A DNA stretch of 64,000 bases from Candidatus Melainabacteria bacterium (GTDB lineage: Bacteria; Cyanobacteriota; Vampirovibrionia; LMEP-6097). This document shows, piece by piece, positions 56,655 to 64,000 of the stretch. The notes under the pieces are model-generated. The model saw only the letters and a list, made by a program, of their open reading frames with translations. It ran no database searches and was not told the DNA's origin. A program made the position numbers and the translations under genes. The stretch spans positions 9,334 to 73,333 of the forward strand of contig DUDT01000006.1 in the NCBI GenBank assembly GCA_005110385.1, read 5' to 3'. Within the stretch, counting starts at the first letter, position 1. Each line of letters opens with the position of its first letter.

Positions 56655-58532
56655 TTGAGTGATATATTTGCACTAAATTTTGATGGCTTAAGTTCGCCAT
56701 CCATTAAATTGAAACTTTTTGATGAAGCTCAGGCGAGTATATCTACTGGTTGGGGGTTTGGTTGGTATCCGAACAATAATCAGGGAGCGATTGTTGCTAA
56801 AGACCCCGCGGCAAGAGATACTCGAATACTTACTGAAGCTTTGATGGATTGGGAGAAATTTCGTTCAACAGTCTTTATCTGTAAAGTGATGAAGGGTGCT
56901 AAAGGTTATACGAATCATGAGACGCAGCCATTTTCTCGCAGCTTTGCTGGCAGGGATTGGTTATTTATGCATAAAGGAGATTTAGATAAAACTAAATTAC
57001 AGGCTCTGCATTCTAATAAATCTAGATTTCTTGAGCCATTGGGGCGAACAGATTCAGAGATAGCTTTCTGTTATTTACTTGGCTTGATGCAGGATAGTAA
57101 TATTCGTAAGCTTGCTGACATTAAACCTGAAGTATTATTAGTTTGGTTTGAACAGTTTGACCAGCTTGGTAGTGCAGATATGATACTTACTGATGGTAAT
57201 AGCTTAGTTTGCTTTCATGGAACTAAGTCACAGACGAATATGTATTATACAAGAAGGAAGCCACCAAGCAAACTCAATGTCTTTGATTCAGAAATAGCTT
57301 CTATAGATTTAAAAGACCCAAGGGATACTTATAGAACGGCTTTAATATTCAGTTCCTCATCTTTTCCTCAAGGTGATTGGCATCAAATGCAGTCTGGTCA
57401 ATTACTGATTTCTCGAAGAGGCAGCTTGATTTGGGATAATAAGCAAGGCTTGCAAAATTTTAATTATGCTTACCAATCTGAAAACTCTTCTGATTTAATG
57501 GCTGGATCTTTAGTAGGTATTTCTGAACAACAGTTATCGGGTTCTGCCAGCTTATCATCTTTAAGTGACTCTACCCAGCAGGCTTTAGCGAGTCTTCCAC
57601 ATCTATCTATAACTAATCTTCGGGCAATGACACATGCACCTGATGGTCAAGCACTCTCATACAGAACTTTTGATGTTACTCACGTTACCAGTTACGAATA
57701 TGAACAGATAGTAGAGCACAGCACTCATAGATTTAGATTACAGCCGATAGAAGATCAATTACAGGAAGTACTTTTATCAAGCCTGAAAGTCTCTACTGGT
57801 GGTGAAGAGATTCGCTATGAGGATGTTTTTGGTAATCAATCAGTGCATTACAGTATTAATGTACCTTATGCTCAATTATCTATAGAGAGTAAAAGTCGAG
57901 TGAAGGTTTTTGCTTGTCCCCCAGATGATCACAGTCTTTCACGCAGGCAGACTACTATTCCGCTAGTCTGGATGCCGTGGCAGAGACAGATGATGATGGC
58001 TTATTTACTGCCACCGGAGTTGCCAGAAACTCAGCTTGTAGAATTGACTGACTATGCGATGAGCTTTGTGGAAAGAAATGATTACAGTCTACACCACACA
58101 TTAGAGGATATCAATCAGAGTATTTATAATGATTATAAATATGTCCAAGGTACTACTTCTTTGAATACGACACCATTTGAGGTTTATACTGCAAGAAAAG
58201 GCGTCTGTCAGGATTTCGCTAACTTATTTATCTGTTTAGCCCGTCTTCTAAATATTCCAGCTCGTTATCGCACGGGCTATATATATACTGGGGCTAACTA
58301 TGAAAATAAGCTGCAGTCTGAGGCTTCTCATGCTTGGGCTGAAGTCTACCTGCCTTATGTTGGCTGGCGAGGTTATGATCCGACTAATGGTTGCCCAGTA
58401 GCGCAAGATCATATTAGGGTAGCCTGTGGTAGAAATTATCGAGATGCTACGCCGACTTCAGGCACGATTTTCAAAGGCGGTGGTTCTGAAAAACTTTCAG
58501 TTACGGTTAGAATAGAAGAGGTAAATATTTAA
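56655..58532 (+). CDS. Fusion protein: YafJ-like class II (Ntn) glutamine amidotransferase domain + transglutaminase-like domain
   Basis: TTG start 7 nt after AAGGG. The N-terminus resembles YafJ/GATase_4 (GWGFGWY, ETQPF, GRTDSEIAFCYLL) but has Ser, not Cys, at position 2. The C-terminus has VTHVTSYEY...FRLQP, GVCQDFANLF and SHAWAEVYLPYVGWRGYDPTNG. Confidence 0.8.
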   Translation: MSDIFALNFDGLSSPSIKLKLFDEAQASISTGWGFGWYPNNNQGAIVAKDPAARDTRILTEALMDWEKFRSTVFICKVMKGAKGYTNHETQPFSRSFAGRDWLFMHKGDLDKTKLQALHSNKSRFLEPLGRTDSEIAFCYLLGLMQDSNIRKLADIKPEVLLVWFEQFDQLGSADMILTDGNSLVCFHGTKSQTNMYYTRRKPPSKLNVFDSEIASIDLKDPRDTYRTALIFSSSSFPQGDWHQMQSGQLLISRRGSLIWDNKQGLQNFNYAYQSENSSDLMAGSLVGISEQQLSGSASLSSLSDSTQQALASLPHLSITNLRAMTHAPDGQALSYRTFDVTHVTSYEYEQIVEHSTHRFRLQPIEDQLQEVLLSSLKVSTGGEEIRYEDVFGNQSVHYSINVPYAQLSIESKSRVKVFACPPDDHSLSRRQTTIPLVWMPWQRQMMMAYLLPPELPETQLVELTDYAMSFVERNDYSLHHTLEDINQSIYNDYKYVQGTTSLNTTPFEVYTARKGVCQDFANLFICLARLLNIPARYRTGYIYTGANYENKLQSEASHAWAEVYLPYVGWRGYDPTNGCPVAQDHIRVACGRNYRDATPTSGTIFKGGGSEKLSVTVRIEEVNI

Positions 58533-58554
58533 AAAAATTTAGTGGTGAAAATGT

Positions 58555-60015
58555 ATGAAGGAAACTAATTTAAATTTTGATAATTATAAAGCAGGTTCTT
58601 TCTATGATGAGCTTTTTGATCAAAACGGTCAAGCACATTTACATTCTAAGCCACTTATAGACCAGATTAATGCGTTATCTCATAAAGATCTGCGTCGCAG
58701 GCAGAAAGCCGCCGAACTCGCATTGCATCAGCTTGGCATAACCTTTAGTGTTTATGGTGATAAGAAAGGCACTGAGAAAATATTTCCTTTTGATGTTATT
58801 CCAAGAGTTATTCCAGCAAGTGAATGGCAGAATATCGAGAATGGACTTAAGCAGCGTATAGAGGCTTTAAACCTGTTCGTAGACGATATTTATCATGATA
58901 AGAAGATTCTAAAAGATAAGATCATACCTCAGGATTTAATACTCTCATCTAAGTGCTATTTAAAAGAGTGCGAGGGGTTAAATCCTCCACGTAAAATATG
59001 GATTCATATTACTGGTACTGATTTAGTAAGGGATGTAGATGGTGTATTTTATGTTTTAGAAGATAATCTTAGGTGTCCATCTGGTGTCTCTTACGTTCTG
59101 GAAAATCGAGCTATACAGAAACGCACTTTCCCACAGGCTTTTGCGACGATGAATGTTAGAAGAGTTGCTGATTATCCAGACCACTTATACGATACTTTAA
59201 AATACTTAGCTCCAGATCATATTGAAAAGCCTAAGATAGTTATCCTCACTCCGGGTATTTATAATTCAGCCTATTTTGAACATGCTTATTTAGCTCAGCA
59301 GATGGGTATTACTTTAGCCCAAGGATCAGATTTGGTAGTCGAGAATGATGAATTGATGCTTCGTACTACTAAAGGCTTTGAGAAAGTAGATGTGGTTTAT
59401 AGAAGAATAGATGATGATTTTCTTGATCCGAGTGTATTTCGTGAGGATTCTTTATTAGGTGTGAAAGGTATTATGAATGCCTATCGTAAAGGTAACCTTG
59501 CGTTAGCTAATGCGCCAGGTAATGGTATCGCTGATGATAAAGCTGTCTACGCTTATGTTCCAGAGATTATAAAATATTATTTAGGCGAAGAGCCCATATT
59601 ACCTAATGTTCATACTTATATCTGTGAGGACAAGAAGCAGCGTGATTATGTACTTGATAATTTAGAGAAACTGGTAGTTAAGGCTGTAAATCAGTCTGGT
59701 GGCTATGGGATGTTAATCGGTCCTAAATCTACACGTTCTGAAAGAGAGAGTTTTGCTGAAAAAATTAAAGCAAATCCAAGAGACTATATAGCTCAGCCGA
59801 CTCTTTCTTTATCTCGCTGCCCGACTATTATTGGTGATGATATTGAGGGTAGGCATGTTGATGTGAGACCTTACATCCTTTATGGTAAGTCGATTTTCGT
59901 TCTTCCAGGTGGGCTTACTCGTGTGGCTTTGGTGAAAGGCTCACTAGTAGTTAACTCTTCTCAAGGTGGTGGCAGTAAAGATACTTGGGTATTGGGTAGT
60001 GAGGGGAATTCTTAA
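58555..60015 (+). CDS. Circularly permuted ATP-grasp protein, type 2
   Basis: GITFSVYGD...IFPFDVIPRVIPASEW...GLKQRIEALNLFVDDIYHD and a C-terminal GGLTRVA, as in the CP_ATPgrasp_2 family. Confidence 0.9.
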   Translation: MKETNLNFDNYKAGSFYDELFDQNGQAHLHSKPLIDQINALSHKDLRRRQKAAELALHQLGITFSVYGDKKGTEKIFPFDVIPRVIPASEWQNIENGLKQRIEALNLFVDDIYHDKKILKDKIIPQDLILSSKCYLKECEGLNPPRKIWIHITGTDLVRDVDGVFYVLEDNLRCPSGVSYVLENRAIQKRTFPQAFATMNVRRVADYPDHLYDTLKYLAPDHIEKPKIVILTPGIYNSAYFEHAYLAQQMGITLAQGSDLVVENDELMLRTTKGFEKVDVVYRRIDDDFLDPSVFREDSLLGVKGIMNAYRKGNLALANAPGNGIADDKAVYAYVPEIIKYYLGEEPILPNVHTYICEDKKQRDYVLDNLEKLVVKAVNQSGGYGMLIGPKSTRSERESFAEKIKANPRDYIAQPTLSLSRCPTIIGDDIEGRHVDVRPYILYGKSIFVLPGGLTRVALVKGSLVVNSSQGGGSKDTWVLGSEGNS

Positions 60016-60027
60016 GTGTCAGAGCTT

Positions 60028-60966
60028 ATGTTAAGTAGAGTAGCTAATTCCATATATTGGATGAGCCGTTATCTAGAACGGGCTGATAGTATAGCTCGCT
60101 TTATAGATGTTAATCTTAAACTGATTTTAGATATAGCTTTAGATCGTGAAAATGTTCAGTGGCAGCCACTAGTTTTAGCTTCTGGAGATGAGGCTGATTT
60201 TTTTAAGAGATATAAGACTTTAGATCAAAAGAGAGTAGTACATTTTTTAACTTTTGATAATTTAAATCCTAATTCTATTCTTTCTTGTATTCTTAATGCT
60301 CGTGAAAACGCTCGTACAGTGAGAGAGATTATACCTACTGAATTATGGGAAACTATAAATGAGCTTTATCACTTTATACAGAAGTATAGTAAAAAGCGCC
60401 AGAAAGATAATCTTTTACCTTTGTATGCTCAGATAAAAGCTTCTAATAATGTGGCTTGCGGCCTTGTAGCGAATGCAATGCTCAGAGACCAGGCTTTGCA
60501 TTTTCTGCGTTTAGGGCAGATGATAGAGCGAGCAGATAAAACAGCAAGATTATTAGATGTTAAGTATTTTCATTTATTACCAAGCCCCGAATATGTCGAT
60601 TCTCCTTATGATGCTGTGGAATGGGGTGCTGTATTGCGTTCAGTAAGTGCTTTTCAGATGTATAGAAAAAAATATCATCAAGTTAATTATCGTGATGTTT
60701 CTGAGTTTTTAATTTTTGATCCATTTTTTCCGCGCTCAATAAACTACTGTGTTAACCAGGCTCTATCTTCACTTGGGGCTATTACTGATATGACTAAAGT
60801 TGATATGGGAGCTAAAGGTGAAATGGCGAAATTGCAGCAAATGCTCTTGCTGACTAGTGTAGATAAGGTTTTAGCTGAAGGACTGCATGAATTTATTGAT
60901 ATTTTTCAGTTTAATTTAAATATAGTGGATCAAGTAATTTATAGATCGTTTTTTGAGCTTAAGTAA
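60028..60966 (+). CDS. Alpha-E domain protein
   Basis: MLSRVANSIYWMSRYLERAD is the hallmark alpha-E N-terminus. GTG 60016 abuts the ATP-grasp stop and ATG 60028 is also possible. Confidence 0.85.
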   Translation: MLSRVANSIYWMSRYLERADSIARFIDVNLKLILDIALDRENVQWQPLVLASGDEADFFKRYKTLDQKRVVHFLTFDNLNPNSILSCILNARENARTVREIIPTELWETINELYHFIQKYSKKRQKDNLLPLYAQIKASNNVACGLVANAMLRDQALHFLRLGQMIERADKTARLLDVKYFHLLPSPEYVDSPYDAVEWGAVLRSVSAFQMYRKKYHQVNYRDVSEFLIFDPFFPRSINYCVNQALSSLGAITDMTKVDMGAKGEMAKLQQMLLLTSVDKVLAEGLHEFIDIFQFNLNIVDQVIYRSFFELK

Positions 60967-61027
60967 TAATTTAATACTACTCTAGGTTCTTCTTGAGTCT
61001 TTTTTTGGGTATTACAATATTAGGGTT

Positions 61028-62356
61028 ATGGAAAAAATTACTAAGGATTTCTATCTTGTTGAGGATTGGGTTGATTTTGATAAATCATCTTTGGAATCCA
61101 TTTCCAGAGAATATTTCACAAAGAAAGGCATGGACGCTTTTGTTAAAAAGGGTAATCCACACATAATACCTCATCTCGTGACTACATCAATAGCACATGC
61201 TTATAATGTTGCTAGTATTTTTAAGAATAATATTCAGACTCTTCCACTTGATCGAAAATTAAGAATATTAGAATGTGGTTCTGGAAGCGGAATATTCTCA
61301 AGGCATTTTTTAATTGCCGCTCAGGACTTAGGTTTCTTAGATAGGGTAGAACTTATTGTTAGTGATTTTTCTGAGCAGAGCTTAAGACATATTAAAGAGC
61401 GTAAGGTCTTAGAAGGTTTTACTGAAAATGAACATTATAGTTTTTTAGTTTTGAATTTACTAGATGCGAGTACTGCGGTTAATCTAGATGGTGATTCTGT
61501 AAACCTTAAGGAGATTGATTTAGCTGTTTTGAATTATGTCATGGACGCATTACCTATGATTCCTTTGGCAAAAAACTCTGATGGATTATTCTCTAAACAG
61601 CAGATAAGAATTTTAAGTAAATCTGATAGTGAAGAGAACGACATTATTAACAATACCTCTTATCTTGCGAGTTTGATTATTGAGCCGCGCTGGGAGCCTT
61701 ATGACGTACATTCTGCAAGTGATTTAGAGCAAGAGTTCTTTAATGTATTTTCAGGCTTAACCGCTAGTCACTCTGAAGGTCAGCAATCTCGCTATTCTTA
61801 TGGGTCTCTTGCGGCTTTAAAGTCTTTAAATTCAATTTTGAGTGATAACGGGATGATCTATATTGCAGATATTCCATCTCCCTTGTTGACCAAGAAACAA
61901 AATCAACACTACATGTTATTTGGTAATTCTAAAGCTAATTATATTAATGAGGATTTAATGATAAGCTACCTGCAAAGCTTGGGATATTCTTCATTACAAA
62001 AAAAAGAGGCTGGTTTAGCAAGGATTATTTTATGTAAGAATGATTCTGCTACGACCAATAAAAAATTTCGAGAGTTTTTTTTAAATAACCATTACTTGGA
62101 GAGATTCATAGAGATTTTTACTATGTTTCAGGTAATTAAAGATTCTTCTCTATCTGATGTTGCAAAGATATTATTAGATAAATTACTGGAAATCGATAAC
62201 CAATCTTCATTAGCTTTAACTTTGCAAGGTTCATATCATTTGTTAAATAAAAACTATGAAAAAGCCTTGGAGCTTTATAAAGAAGCTAGGGAGATAGATT
62301 TTTCTGCCGCTTGGGATTTAGATTATAAAATCAGTGGCACGGAGATGTTCATTTAG
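61028..62356 (+). CDS. Class I SAM-dependent methyltransferase-like protein (MidA/DUF185-like) with a C-terminal TPR-like tail
   Basis: Motif I ILECGSGSGIF, an acidic motif II in LIVSDFS, and VLNYVMDALP resembling the NExxDAxP of the MidA/NDUFAF7 family. The C-terminal YEKALELYKEA is TPR-like. Confidence 0.55.
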   Translation: MEKITKDFYLVEDWVDFDKSSLESISREYFTKKGMDAFVKKGNPHIIPHLVTTSIAHAYNVASIFKNNIQTLPLDRKLRILECGSGSGIFSRHFLIAAQDLGFLDRVELIVSDFSEQSLRHIKERKVLEGFTENEHYSFLVLNLLDASTAVNLDGDSVNLKEIDLAVLNYVMDALPMIPLAKNSDGLFSKQQIRILSKSDSEENDIINNTSYLASLIIEPRWEPYDVHSASDLEQEFFNVFSGLTASHSEGQQSRYSYGSLAALKSLNSILSDNGMIYIADIPSPLLTKKQNQHYMLFGNSKANYINEDLMISYLQSLGYSSLQKKEAGLARIILCKNDSATTNKKFREFFLNNHYLERFIEIFTMFQVIKDSSLSDVAKILLDKLLEIDNQSSLALTLQGSYHLLNKNYEKALELYKEAREIDFSAAWDLDYKISGTEMFI

Positions 62357-62689
62357 TAAGGCTTCCGTGTCTAGAAAAATTTTTTCAAGATCAATGAATT
62401 GCTTAAATTCGTTGATATGATTTATATTTTGTATGTGGTTTGTACCCGTGGTTTCGCTGCGGAAAATATTCTTTCTGGCTCTTTCTAAAACTTTTTGTGC
62501 TCCAGTATAACGTTTCTCATTTATGAGGTGTAAACAAGCACAGATTTGGATAAAAGCCTGATACAGACAGCGATCTGCTTCGTGATAATTTCGCCAGAAT
62601 TTTTCTATTTCTTCGTGAGCCTCATGGAATCTGCCTTCGTGGAAAAGTTTAATTCCTAAATAGACATGGTCAAAATTATCGTAAGACAT
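62318..62689 (-). CDS. DUF309 domain protein
   Basis: LFHEGRFHEAHEEIEKFW...YQAFIQICACLHL matches the DUF309 pattern. Confidence 0.7.
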   Translation of the reverse strand: MSYDNFDHVYLGIKLFHEGRFHEAHEEIEKFWRNYHEADRCLYQAFIQICACLHLINEKRYTGAQKVLERARKNIFRSETTGTNHIQNINHINEFKQFIDLEKIFLDTEALLNEHLRATDFII

Positions 62690-62813
62690 TAATACTCATT
62701 TTTACATAAATTTTACATACCAAGATTATTAATCACTGGCATGATTATTGGTAATGCCTCATCTTCTTGAAATTAATAGGAATTTATTCCCAAGCAGCTC
62801 TAGTCCGAGCTTT

Positions 62814-63590
62814 ATGTTGAGTCGTTTAGCAGCATTAGGCTTGCTATTGTGTATCTTTACTAATCCGGGTTTCGCGGCGATGGACGCCATTACAACTTTT
62901 GAATTAGGTGGTGCTTCTAATTCTCCAGGTATTGCTGATAAAAACCATTTAATTATTGAAGAGGATTTTATGCGTTACCAGACTAAATTTAAAGGAGATA
63001 AATCTTACAGTTATCAGCTTGGGCTGACCAAGCTGCGTTATGGTCTTATTGAAAATAAACTTGAGGCGAGAGTAAGTTCGGCTGGTGTAACTGTAAATGA
63101 AATAGATTCAGGCCTTTCTAATATGTCTCTAGGTACGAAGATACGTCTCTGTGATGAATCTAAATATATTCCTAGTACAGAAATTATTACCGATTGGGAA
63201 ATTCCTCTAGGGGAAAAGGATTTAAGGAATGTAGGTTTTGATCAGAGCTATATGCTGGTTATGGGGAAAATGTTTACTAAGAAGTTCGGTGGTATCATTA
63301 ATGCGACTGTAGATTTTTCAAGTTTTAATGCGAATACTGGTACTAGCGCAATAGTCTCTGCACCACTGGTTTTTAACTTGAATTACTATGTTAAACCTGA
63401 ACTCAATCTCTTCTCTCATATCTATGGAACAGTTTATTTTACTGAAGGTATTGATAACCCTTTAGCTATGGATATAGGAGCTAGTTATGCCATTACCAAG
63501 GATTTAGTGGTAGTTTCGTGGGTAAGTAAAGGTTTAAATGAGGCTGCTCCAGATATGACTATTGACCTCGGTTTAATTTATCGTATTTAA
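62814..63590 (+). CDS. Putative outer-membrane beta-barrel protein
   Basis: The start at ATG 62814 gives the signal peptide MLSRLAALGLLLCIFTNPGFA. Alternating amphipathic strands are present and the terminal strand is GLIYRI. Confidence 0.55.
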   Translation: MLSRLAALGLLLCIFTNPGFAAMDAITTFELGGASNSPGIADKNHLIIEEDFMRYQTKFKGDKSYSYQLGLTKLRYGLIENKLEARVSSAGVTVNEIDSGLSNMSLGTKIRLCDESKYIPSTEIITDWEIPLGEKDLRNVGFDQSYMLVMGKMFTKKFGGIINATVDFSSFNANTGTSAIVSAPLVFNLNYYVKPELNLFSHIYGTVYFTEGIDNPLAMDIGASYAITKDLVVVSWVSKGLNEAAPDMTIDLGLIYRI

Positions 63591-63923
63591 ATACTGCTGC
63601 TCTTTTGATCTTGTTTATTGATTCTTTTTTAATTCTATTGATAAGTCTTTTTTCAGGGTTAAAAATTCTCAATGAATTTGAGTTTTTCATCTTCTTTATT
63701 AATCTAGTTAAATTCTCTCTTGATTTGCTATCTAGGTCTTTATTCTTTAAAACTTTTTTGAAAAGCCTGCGTGCAATTGAGTTTTTTTCTTTGTCTGTAA
63801 TATCCTAAGTAGATCCTATAGTTTGAGCTGCAGATATCTCTGTAATATTCGCATTCCGCTCTAATCGCTCTGGTAATCCCCCCATATACTAAACAAGTGA
63901 GTGAAGTATCATAAGGAGGATAT

Positions 63924-64000
63924 ATGACAAAGTTATCAAAAGAGCAATGGGAAGAGGTTCTAGCAAAAGTTAAGAGTGGTGAAAGTATACCTAGCTTAGC
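63924..64000 (+). CDS. 5' end of a gene truncated by the window edge; N-terminus resembles small HTH proteins of phage/IS origin
   Basis: Strong SD AAGGAGG 5 nt before the ATG. MTKLSKEQWEEVLAKVKSGESIPSL resembles terminase-small-subunit or transposase-HTH N-termini (tentative). Confidence 0.4.
   Translation, partial: MTKLSKEQWEEVLAKVKSGESIPSL

Noticed and set aside
63605-63808. 67-aa plus-strand ORF (MILFIDSFLILLISLF...), plus a Lys-rich open frame on the opposite strand
   Set aside because: The region is extremely AT-rich and low-complexity. The plus-strand peptide is a Phe/Leu/Ser artefact. The minus-strand frame has no canonical start until a 38-codon remnant. Neither can be supported as a gene.

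Overview
This is an AT-rich chromosomal segment from a Gram-negative-type bacterium (lpxA, lspA, an O-antigen-ligase-like gene and a beta-barrel OMP are present; TGA and TAG act as stops). Taxon is not determinable from the sequence; the many K/E/N-rich orphan proteins fit a predatory or host-associated lineage, which is inference only. The first ~50 kb is mostly housekeeping: scpB-scpA-smc, nnr, recA, uvrC, htpG, dut, split transketolase, a sigma-70 factor, cysteine desulfurase, add, recG, cysK, ndh, a divergent ppc, def, lpxA, trxA, nadA and lspA, plus tRNA-Leu(GAG) and initiator tRNA-fMet. No rRNA or CRISPR array was seen.

Accessory features found by reading the sequence:
- An intact IS1-family element with a 9-11 bp target duplication sits exactly on the trxA stop codon.
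- A 76-bp direct repeat (75/76 identical) brackets a single AAA+/DUF4143 ATPase gene inserted between recA and an M23-peptidase gene.
- A GC-rich ~119-bp repeat family with 15-bp terminal inverted repeats has three copies. Two are in inverted orientation around a 3.1-kb cargo (a 723-aa orphan and a SIMPL protein). One is a degenerate nested copy that supplies the last codons of lspA.
- A 22-nt motif (21/22 identical) recurs upstream of nnr and ppc, with a weaker copy upstream of nadA.
- A C10 homopolymer tract sits next to a frame-broken small ORF.

The best candidate for an uncharacterised system is at 53.2-62.7 kb. It comprises a DUF2126-type giant transglutaminase, divergent from an apparent operon encoding a YafJ-like Ntn-amidotransferase/transglutaminase fusion (nucleophile Cys replaced by Ser), a circularly permuted ATP-grasp ligase and an alpha-E protein. 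A MidA-like methyltransferase and a DUF309 protein follow. All domain calls rest on motifs I recognise by eye; no searches were run.
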